Positions 55,194 to 64,000 of a stretch of DNA of 64,000 nt are shown here, in pieces; the stretch's first letter is position 1, and each line of letters opens with the position of its first letter. Both the position numbers and the translations under genes were made by a program. The stretch is taken from positions 120,177 through 184,176 of the forward strand of contig LSMX01000003.1 in assembly GCA_001641205.1 (NCBI GenBank). Reading direction: 5' to 3'. The notes under the pieces were generated by a model, which saw only the letters and a list, made by a program, of their open reading frames with translations, ran no database searches and was not told the DNA's origin. This stretch comes from Mycoplasma sp. Bg1. Its GTDB lineage: Bacteria > Bacillota_I > Bacilli_A > Mycoplasmatales > Hepatoplasmataceae.

Positions 55194-56651
55194 ATGAAGA
55201 AACAATATTTAATTGGTTTACTAGGACTTACAGTAATATTTACCCCACTTGCAAATAGTTTATTAAGTACCAATTCAAAATTATTTAATTCTACATATGC
55301 AAATAATCAAATACAAAAAGAATCTATAATTAATGAAGAAAATAGCCAAGTAATAGTTAAAGATCTTGATCATGATGGAAAAGTAAGTCAAGGAGATCAA
55401 ATTGATGAAATACAATTTAGTGCTAATTATGATGAATTTTATCCTCTTTATGAAGATGAAACTAAAACTACTTTATCTAATGAATATGGATTAAATATTT
55501 ATCCAAAAAATTCGCCCAATACTATAAAACCTTTTTATAGTATTTCTTATAATAAAATTAATGAGTTAAATCAAAATCAAAATGTAGACTTTTTAAATTT
55601 TGATTTTAATTCTACTAATAATTCAACTTGAAAAATTTGAGATGCAAAACTTCCTGATAGCAGTCAAGAATTTATTATAACTGCAGAAAGTAAAAAAAAT
55701 AATAATCAAGAAAAAATAATAGAAAATAATATTGGTGAAGTTGCAATTTTATCATATGTAAACAATGCAAATGGGCAAGATAACCCAACAATAACTTCTG
55801 CAAGAGTAACCAAAAAAACATTTTTTTCTACATACATAAATGTTAAGGTTGACTATGAAGTAGATCTTGGCAATAATGGAACTAGTAGAATTAATAATAA
55901 ATACAATTTAACAGAAATTATAATCACTAATAAATTGGATCATAATAATCCAGTATATTCTGTGGATAAATCTAGTGCTAAGGGCCACTTAACTTTTGAC
56001 CTGCCACTTGGTGTAGACTATGATTTAAGCATGACAGCAATTTTTGATGACCCCGCGAGTTCTTCTAAAAAATCTGATACAGCTGACATCATAGGTGGTA
56101 ATATTGTAGATACTGAAAGAAAGCCTAAATTTGATTATCCAACTGCAGTTAAAATTGATACGAAAAATAATATTTTAGAAATTAAGGGAGAAATTTCTAC
56201 TAATGGTTCTAAAATAAATTCATTGTGGCTTACAAATGAAAATCATGATGTTGAAACTTGAATATATAAATATGATGATAAAGGAGATACATTTTATTAT
56301 GATATCTGGACTCCTGATTACACTGAAAATACTACAGATAGTCTTAAAAATTATAATTTAGGAGTGTGATACACCCTAAATGTAAATACCGATTATTATT
56401 CTATTGGTCTTTGACAAGTTTTAGAAAAAGATAGAACAACCGGTGAAGATTTAAGTTATTTGGAAGATGATTCTTATTATCAAGGCAATACTTCTGGAGG
56501 AGATGATTCTTCTGATGGAGGCGGTTCTGAAGGAGGTGGTTCTTCCAACAATAATAATACAATGATAATAATTGTAATAATAATTGGAATTGTACTTTTT
56601 GTTGGAGCTATTTCTTTCATCGGATATTATTTATATAAAAAAAATAAATAA
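55194..56651 (+). CDS. surface protein family member 2 (485 aa)
   Basis: N-terminal 145 aa are nearly identical to member 1. Gly/Ser/Asp-rich stalk (GGDDSSDGGGSEGGGSS) and the same C-terminal anchor (IGIVLFVGAISFIGYYLYKKNK). Pieces 55194, 55935 and 56460 share one frame. Confidence 0.75.
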
Positions 56652-56670
56652 AAAGAAAGGGAAAACAAAT

Positions 56671-59600
56671 ATGAAGAAGCAATATTTAATTAGTTTATTA
56701 GGACTATTTGCAATATTTGCTCCGCTTGGAAATGGAATAGTAAACACAAAATTAAATTCTTCAACTAATGAAAAAACTACTGGGATAGCGATGAAAGAGA
56801 CTAGTAAAATTTCTCTAATTGATAGTGATGGTTCAAAGGATGTAAGTACAAGAGATAAAATAAATTCTATTTCATTTGATGGAGAATGAGTTTTTGAAAA
56901 TTGAGGAGGAAAGGAATATTATGATGTAGATGATCCTTCTAAAGAAGGTTTAAATTTATATGGTTCATCAAAACCAGATGAACCTTTATTAGAAGTTTCC
57001 TATAAAACCCTTAAGAACAAAGGTACTTATGATTTAAGTGATGACTCTGATATTTTAACTTATAGTATAGAAGCAAATTCTTTAAATAATACAGAAGTAA
57101 AAATATGAGGTTATGAAATTGCTATAGGAGAAACTTTTGAAATAACTGCAGATTATAATTCAACTAAAGAACCAAAAAATATAAAAGAGGATAATCTTGG
57201 AACAATTGAATTGACAATATCTGATCCAAGCACAATTAAACGAACTAGCAATGTTGAAGTTACCATAACTCCACTTGAAGCAAAAGTAGATTATAAAGTA
57301 ATTCCAGGATTAGATACTAGTGGTAATCTTGAAACAGTTGAATTTGTAAGATGAATGAATGGATCATGAGAACTTGCAAGTTCAGAAAAAGAAGAAGATA
57401 CTTTAATTGCTACAAGTCCTAAATTAGAATCAGATGTAAATTATAATAATACAACACTTATAGCTAGAATGAGTGGTGGATGAACTGAATCAGTAGAAGT
57501 TGACCCTTTTAATACAATTTCAAAAAATGAGCCATCCACAATCGACCGAATTGGTAGAGCCCAAGAAACTAGTTCTACTGAAGCAAATGTTAATTATGAA
57601 GTAGATCCCGGAAAAGATGTTAATGGCCAAGATTTAACAGTTATTGAAGTTAAATGAATGGATGGTACAGAAAGGCTTGCAACTTCAACAAATACAAAAG
57701 GTACTTTAATCGCCACTGATTTAATACCAAATCACTCATATAAAAATACAATAATAGTTGCAGAAATGAGTGATGGAAGTTTTACTAATGATGCTAAAAT
57801 TAATGACTTTAAAACTAAAAAAGGTAAAACAAAATCTTCAATTAAAGAAGTTGGTACTGTTAATGTAACTGGGCCCAACACTGCGAATGTTGGTTATGAA
57901 GTAACTCCCGGAACTGATAAAAATGGTGATCTTTTAACAGTTGAAAAAGTAGTTTGAATAAAAGGTGCACAAACAGATGGTAAACCAGAACTTGCAACAG
58001 ATGATGAGGACAATGGAATTGATGGAATTTTAGAAACCGATAGTTTAAACCCAAGTCAGAAATATGAAAAAACAACACTTAAAGCCAAAATGAGTGATAA
58101 TACATGGACTGACCCTGCTCAAGTTGAAACTTTTACAGCAGGTCAAGATATATCAACAATTGAACAAGTTGACAATGTTAGTGTAACTAGTTATAACTCT
58201 GCAAGTGTCAAATATAAAATACACTGTGGAAAGAATGTTGATGGCGAAGATTTAACAGTTAAAGAAGTGCAATGAGTAGAACATTCAGGACAAACAAAGC
58301 TTGCTTCTGAAAAAACAGAGGATGAAAATGGTGTTTTATACACCACTAATTTAGAAGGAAATTTATCTCATGATACAACACTTAAAGCCCAAATGAGTGA
58401 TTATTCGTGAATTGAAATTGATGTTAGATCTTTTGAAACCCCTGCATGTAATGAACCATCGACAATTGAAAAGGTTGATGACATTAATGTAACCAGTTCT
58501 ACTGAAGCAAATGTTAGTTATAAAGTAAACCCTGGAAAAGATGTTTATGGTCACCCAGTAACAGTTAAAAAAGTAAGATGAATGGATGATAATAAAGAAC
58601 TTACAGCTTCACTAGATACAGAAGGCACTTTATATGCACATGATTTAAGCCCAAATCAAACATATTATAATACATATATAATTGCTGATATGAATGCTGG
58701 AGAACAAACAAATACAGTTTTAGCAGGAACATTTACAACAGAACCAGGTAATGTTAATTCAAAAATTAAGGAAGATGGAGAAGTTGAGGTTACTAGCTCC
58801 ACAGAAGCAAATGTCAACTATACTGTAACACCAGGAAAAGATGTCGATGGAAATGATGTAACAGTTGAAAAAGTAGAATGAATAAATGGTGAAGACATTC
58901 TTGAAACAAATAAAGGTAATGGAATTGATGGAATTTTAGAAGCAGATGAATTAAGTCCAAATCAATCCTATAATAATACAAAAATAATTGCTTATATGAG
59001 TGATGGAACCAAAACAAGACCTGTTAAAATAGAACCATTTCATGTATTACCTGGTGATGAACCTTCAGAACTTAATAGTGATGGAAAAGTTGATATAACT
59101 AGTTCTACAGAAGCAAATGTTAATTACACTGTAACACCAGGAAAAAATGTTGATGGAAAAGATGTAACAGTTGAAAAAGTAGAATGAATAAATGGTGAAG
59201 AAATTCTCGCAATAGATAAAGGTAATGGAATTGATGGAATTTTAGAAGCAGATGAATTAAGTCCAAATCAACCCTATAATAATACAAAAATAATTGCTTA
59301 TATGAGTGATGGAACCAAAACTAATGTAATTAATGTTGGTTCATTTCAAGCATGACCTGGTGATGAACCATCAACAATTAAACAAGATGGAATAGTTAAT
59401 GTAACTAGCTCTACTGAAGCAAATGTTAACTATACTGTAAGACCAGGAAAAGATGTTGATGGAAATGGCTTAACAGTTATTAAAGTTAAATGAATGAATG
59501 GTGATGATATACTTGCAACTTCAACAGAAGCATCTGGAAATTTATCAACTAATCAACTAATTGCAGAACAAATTTATGATAATACAACAATAGTTGCAGA

Positions 59601-60156
59601 AATGAGCAATGGAACTTCAACTAATATTATTGAGGTTGATCCATTTCTAGCACATCCAAGTACACCAGTTAATAAGCCAACTGCAATTAATATTGATGAA
59701 CCAAATGGAATTTTACAAGTTGAAGGAAATATTACATTAAATGAAGCAACTGCAAAATCAATAGATGTTAATATTATTAATGAAAAAGGCGACATTGTAA
59801 CAACAGGTTGTGAAATTATTGATAATGGTGATAGTATTTCTTATAGTGTCTTTACTGATCAATATAATGGAAATATAGATAATTATAGATTACAAATTAC
59901 TTATGAAATTGATGGTAAAAAACAAGAACCACTTGAAAATGAATATATAGATATTCAAGAACCAAAAAACATAACAAATGAAGATGCAGATTTATCTAAT
60001 TTAATAGACAATGATGATGGCGATGATAATAATGGTGAGACTGGTAATACAAGTAGTAGTAAACTTGGATTAATAATAGGTATTGTGGCAGTAATCACAA
60101 TTTTATTTTCTGCAGTAATGGGATTTTTCTTATTTATAAAACTTAAAACTAAATAA
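56671..60156 (+). CDS. giant surface protein family member 3 (1161 aa) with tandem beta-rich repeats and C-terminal TM anchor
   Basis: MKKQYLISLLGLFAIFAPLGNG.., DSDGSKDVSTRD, repeats, then acidic DNDDGDDNNGE and the anchor LGLIIGIVAVITILFSAVMGFFLFIKLKTK. All pieces (57658, 58090, 58582, 58996, 59494) share the frame of ATG 56671. RBS aaagggaaaa. Confidence 0.75.
57352..59790 (+). repeat. about 7.5 tandem coding repeats of 300-318 bp (about 102 aa) in surface gene 3
   Basis: Unit boundaries fall at in-frame TGA(Trp) codons 57352, 57655, 57955, 58273, 58579, 58879, 59185 and 59491. Consensus: W-x-[DN]-G..LA...G.L....L.PN..Y.NT.I.A.MSDG..T....F.....PS.I...G.V.VTSSTEANVNYTVTPGKDVDG.D.TV.KV. Confidence 0.85.
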
Positions 60157-60170
60157 ATATTAATAATATT

Positions 60171-60200
60171 AAAAAAAGTAGAAATATTTCTACTTTTTTT
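60171..60200 (+). terminator. rho-independent terminator after surface gene 3
   Basis: aaaaagtagaaat atttctactttttttt, paralogous to the hairpin at 54753..54782. Confidence 0.6.
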
Positions 60201-60201
60201 T

Positions 60202-60355
60202 ATTCAACTTTAAAGAATATTGTTAGTTGGAGTTTTAAGCTTATTTCAATAATTATTATAATAAATTGTAATACAGGGTTGAGTAGCAAAAACATCCTAG
60301 TTGGATATTCAATAATTTCGCAATCAAGAACGGCTTTGTTTTTTAAGTTTTTTAG
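60202..60355 (-). pseudogene. second decayed fragment of the methyltransferase 5' region
   Basis: ..agttggagttttaagcttatttcaataatt..gagtagcaaaaacatcctagttgga..caatcaagaacggctttgttttttaagttttttag aligns with 53190..53345. No start codon. Confidence 0.7.
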
Positions 60356-60459
60356 TATTTAATCAGTTATAAATACAAGACATTGTTTTTAATTCAAAAA
60401 CAAGTTATCTATCCTCAATAATTAAATATAAATATATAAAAATAATTATTAATGTTTGA

Positions 60460-61218
60460 TTAATTAAAAATTTCAAAATAATTAATTTCATTATTTTTTA
60501 TTCTATAAAAAATCTCTTTTTCATTTTGTGAAATTGTTGGCAAAAATAAATGATAAGCATCAATAATAATTATGTTAAAAGTTTTATCATATATATCATT
60601 TGAATTAAAATTAATATCATTTGTTTCATCTAAATAATTAAGTTCATTAGTCATTAATATAATTCTCATTGAAGAAAAAATATCATAAATATTATTTTTA
60701 GTTAAATTATATTTTTTATATAAATATGAAAAATCTTGATTAAAAATTTTATAATTAAATCCTATTTTATATATATTATTTCTAAAACATTCTTCATCAG
60801 AAGTCTTATTTTTATTTTTATAATTTTTAAAATGGTTTTGTTCTAATATTTGAAGTGCTCTATAGGAGTTTCTGGAATGACAATTATATTTTTCTATTTT
60901 TCCTTTATATAAATGTTCTTCAAATAACAAATTATTTTTATATAAAAAAATAATTAAATTTTTGCAATTAATTAATAAATTAAAATATTCAATAGTCAAA
61001 AAATTAGAAAAATAATGTTTTTCTAATATAATAGATTTTAAATTATAATCATTTTCTAAAGTTAATTTATAACCAGATTCTTTTAAACTTTTTTTTAAAT
61101 GTAAACTATCTTCTTTTTCATAATGAAAATTTTCATCTTCATTAGTAAAATCCTTTTCATCTAAAGAAAAAGAAAATTTTTCTAATATATCTTCTATTGA
61201 ATCTACATCATTTTTCAT
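60460..61218 (-). CDS. hypothetical Asn/Tyr/Lys-rich protein (252 aa), candidate partner (toxin?) of the upstream Panacea-domain gene
   Basis: Intact ORF without TGA. It starts 14 nt downstream of the stop of 61233..61805. No domain recognised. Confidence 0.5.
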   Translation of the reverse strand: MKNDVDSIEDILEKFSFSLDEKDFTNEDENFHYEKEDSLHLKKSLKESGYKLTLENDYNLKSIILEKHYFSNFLTIEYFNLLINCKNLIIFLYKNNLLFEEHLYKGKIEKYNCHSRNSYRALQILEQNHFKNYKNKNKTSDEECFRNNIYKIGFNYKIFNQDFSYLYKKYNLTKNNIYDIFSSMRIILMTNELNYLDETNDINFNSNDIYDKTFNIIIIDAYHLFLPTISQNEKEIFYRIKNNEINYFEIFN

Positions 61219-61232
61219 TAAATTATTTAATT

Positions 61233-61805
61233 TTATTCATTATATTGCTTATATATTAAATATGAATCCATTTCTGAGCCAGGACCTATATCATCAACTG
61301 CATTTTTTCATGAAATATCAGAATGAGATTTATTAACAAGAATAAAATCTTCGATAAGAAAAATATTTTTTAATTGCAAGTTTATAAATATTTTTATTCT
61401 TTCTATTTGATTGATATTTAAATTTAATTTATCATTAAATTTAAGATCTATTTTATAAGATTTTCTAGAAAAATTTCTATTTTTCTGGTTTTCATAAATC
61501 TCTTCATCAACTGGTCCATATTTTCAAGCAAAAAAAGTAATATCAAATAATTCAATAATATTTTTTTTAGAATTATTTGATATTACTTCCTTTGAAATTT
61601 TTGCTTCTTCTCCATTTAATAATATTTGTTGATATTTAAATCACAAAGCATACAAAAAATATAATGATTTTTGTAATTTAATTTTTGAAATAGAATTATT
61701 ATTTATTTCATCTAATTTATTATTCGTTGATTCTTTATATAAATTAATAATATATTCAGCAATTTCAACATTAGAATTTAACAATATTTTTTTACTATTT
61801 TCCAT
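61233..61805 (-). CDS. Panacea/DUF4065 (SocA/GepA-like) domain protein, putative antitoxin (190 aa)
   Basis: Not in the track because of TGA. ..ISKIKLQKSLYFLYALW(TGA)FKY.. and ..FDITFFAW(TGA)KYGPVDEEIY.. match the KLQKLLYF / F.AW.yGPV...vY hallmarks of DUF4065. Confidence 0.6.
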
Positions 61806-62221
61806 TTTTTATTCCAAAATATAAAAGTATATATAAATATTTAACATCTTCTATATTATTTTAATACATAAATATAATATCACATTTGTAAACATTTATA
61901 GATTTTTGCAAACAATTTAAGTTAATATTTCAAATTTTTTTGTTAATAATGAATAAGAAAGCAAATATTCATTATTCCTAAAAATAAAAATCTATTTCCA
62001 TCATCTTTCATAAAATTTCTATTTTTTTTATCATTTACTACTTGATCAATAAATTCTTTTTTAGTATTTTGCATTGAAGATATTCCTTTATTTAAATTTA
62101 ACAAGTCATTATTATATCCATTTTTTTCAAGATTATTTAAATAAATTACATTAAGATTTTTAATTTTATTTGTCTATACCAATTACTTGTTAAATCTTAC
62201 CCTGTCAAACATAAATGAAAA

Positions 62222-64000
62222 TTAATATTTATCTCCTCAATATTTTTTAACTATTTGTGATATTTCAGTTGATCTTTTGAGAATATTATCAATATTAAAA
62301 TCTATAACATCTAATTTAGTTAAAACTCCATTTATTCCATCAAGAGTTAATGATTTAGCTTCATTATTTATAGTATTACAATATTCTCTAATATTATCTT
62401 TATATAGTAAACTTCTTTTAGAATTTTTAGCAACAAAATAATTTCCAATCATATCTATATATTCAGGATATTCTGATTTTATTTCATCATATGAAATTTC
62501 ATCTGTTTCATTATTTAATTGATTAATAATTTCTTCTGTATAATTTGGCGGCAATAATTGAAAAGCATTTAATAAACTATTATTATTGCTAAAATTGTTT
62601 TCAATTGTAGACAATATTGTTTTACACATATTGCTACTATCTATTGGCCGTTTTGCAATAAAATTAATAAATGTATTTTCAGGAATCATTTGAAATTGTA
62701 AATCTATATCATTTACAAGAAAATTTCATAAATCTTTTGGAATTTTGATTTCATTAGTATTAATTGCTTTTATAACTTTATATACATATTTTCCAAGTGA
62801 AGCTAATCTATCTCCAGAAATACTTCTTCTAATATAATGAATTTCCATAATTTTAAGCATTTCACTAAAATCATTATCATTATTAATTTTTAATAATTTT
62901 GAATCAAATTGATCAAAAGTTCCATTGATTAAAATTAAGTTAGAGATAATTGGCAAAATAATTGAATTTGACATAATTATTTTAGCATCATTATAAAATG
63001 GTTTTAAAACATCAATTTTTTCAAAATTATGAATATTACTTGCAAGAATAAATACTTCTAAATATTTTCCTAAATTACTAATAAAATTTTCAAAATTTTC
63101 AAATGAAGTAATTTTATTATTTACATCTACATAATTTTTTACAAAATAATGTTTAAATCTTTTATAAATTGTTAAATCATTTCTTCATTCATATATATTA
63201 TTAGAAACATTTAAATAAAATACAAAAAAATCATCTTGAGCACGTTCAATAGTAGATTTTGTATAATAATTTTCAAATTTAACTTGAATATGATTTTCAA
63301 ATAAATTAATTATTTTCAAATCATTTTCTCTATAAAGATTTTCATCAATAGAGCTTAATAAAAAATTTTTAATTTTGTCATAATTTGTTAACTGTTTAGA
63401 TTTTGAATTTAAATTTTCAAAAATTTCAAATTCATTAATATCCTTTTCAAACCATATAATACCCACTTCAAGTTTTGATAAGGCACAAAGTAAATTGATA
63501 ATATAATCAGAAGCATCAGCGTTTTCATTTATTTTTGAGAAAATGTAATTTTTCATATAATTATAATTTTGATAAACTGAACTTTCCTTATATTGTCTAT
63601 TTGTATATATAGAATCATTTAGTAGAACTTTTTCATCACCTAATAAATAATATTTCAAAAGATTTTGTGTTCTTTCATTATTAATTCTATTTTTCAAAAA
63701 ATTAATTAACAAAGAATTTTCAGTATTAAATAATTCATTTAATAGTTTACTAGATGTAATTTTGTTTTTAAGACAAACATCATAAATTGCTCTTAACAAT
63801 AAAAGAATTGTTGTTATTCTTTGTTGACCGTCCATAATGGAAAAAGAATTTTCTTTTTCTGAATTTCTTCCAAAACTTAGAACTCCGAAAAAATATGAAA
63901 AAATTGTTTTTTCATTATTTATAATTCCTTCTAAATCAAAAAGTAATTCTTCAATATTGGATCTTGATCAATCATAATTTCTTTGATATGGTGGTACAAA
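62222..64000 (-). CDS. large DUF262-family protein, 5' end beyond the window (at least 592 aa)
   Basis: ..VPPYQRNYDW(TGA)SRSNIEELLFDL.. and SIMDGQQRITTILLL (DGQQR). Pieces 63185, 62726 and 62237 share one frame. I translated the 62975..63184 gap codon by codon and it is open. TAA at 62222. Confidence 0.7.

Noticed and set aside
56584-56889. Track ORF starting at 56584 inside the 3' end of surface gene 2.
   Set aside because: The signal-peptide-type start MKKQYLISLLG, with RBS aaagggaaaa, is at 56671. The upstream extension merely overlaps the stop region of the previous gene.
57352-59790. Regularly spaced repeats of about 300 bp, considered as a CRISPR-like or satellite array.
   Set aside because: The period is about 300 bp with no short repeat/spacer structure. 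The whole array is one open table-4 reading frame with conserved protein-level periodicity.
1-64000. rRNA, tRNA, tmRNA, RNase P or other structured RNA genes.
   Set aside because: All intergenic gaps are short and extremely AT-rich. None shows a GC-richer cloverleaf-sized segment or recognisable conserved RNA sequence by eye. A covariance-model scan would be needed to exclude small RNAs.

Overview
This is a very AT-rich segment of a Mollicutes (Mycoplasmatota) chromosome that uses translation table 4 (TGA=Trp). No genus can be assigned from the sequence alone. The supplied ORF track treats TGA as a stop, so most real genes appear as 2-6 same-frame pieces. I rebuilt the gene models by joining same-frame pieces across TGA and ending them only at TAA/TAG. 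Where I hand-checked codons, this is stated in the evidence.

Positions 1-41 kb are an ordinary, tightly packed housekeeping block, almost entirely on the minus strand. It contains ileS, the dcw cluster (sepF-ftsZ-ftsA-rsmH-mraZ), nusB, rpmF, a MATE transporter, pheS/pheT and trxA. It also holds dinB, plsY, three tandem deoxynucleoside kinases, efp, pepP, a fused nadD-yqeK, yqeH, yqeG, rpmG, parE/parC, aspS and hisS, plus a 1082-aa SecDF-like membrane protein. Many neighbouring genes overlap by 1-14 nt.

Positions 41-64 kb are a heavily rearranged accessory region. The points most worth a second look are:
1. Three LDH-family paralogs, two of which have a rewritten substrate-specificity loop. 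They are interleaved with a family of Arg/Gln-rich proteins that I do not recognise. The conserved C-terminal domain of that family is also found fused to duplicated 2-TM modules.
2. Three near-identical copies of the deoC 3' end plus a terminator. These bracket a DUF262 + HEPN-like two-gene island and the TM-fusion gene.
3. A C5-methyltransferase/HNH-endonuclease pair in which the methylase is thrown out of frame by a (GA)13 tract.
4. A tandemly duplicated cassette of C-terminally anchored surface proteins with T15/T16 tracts upstream. One of these is an 1161-aa protein with about 7.5 repeats of about 102 aa.
5. A Panacea (DUF4065) antitoxin-like gene with an unknown partner, next to a second large DUF262 gene.

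I recognised no rRNA, tRNA, CRISPR array, transposase or integrase.
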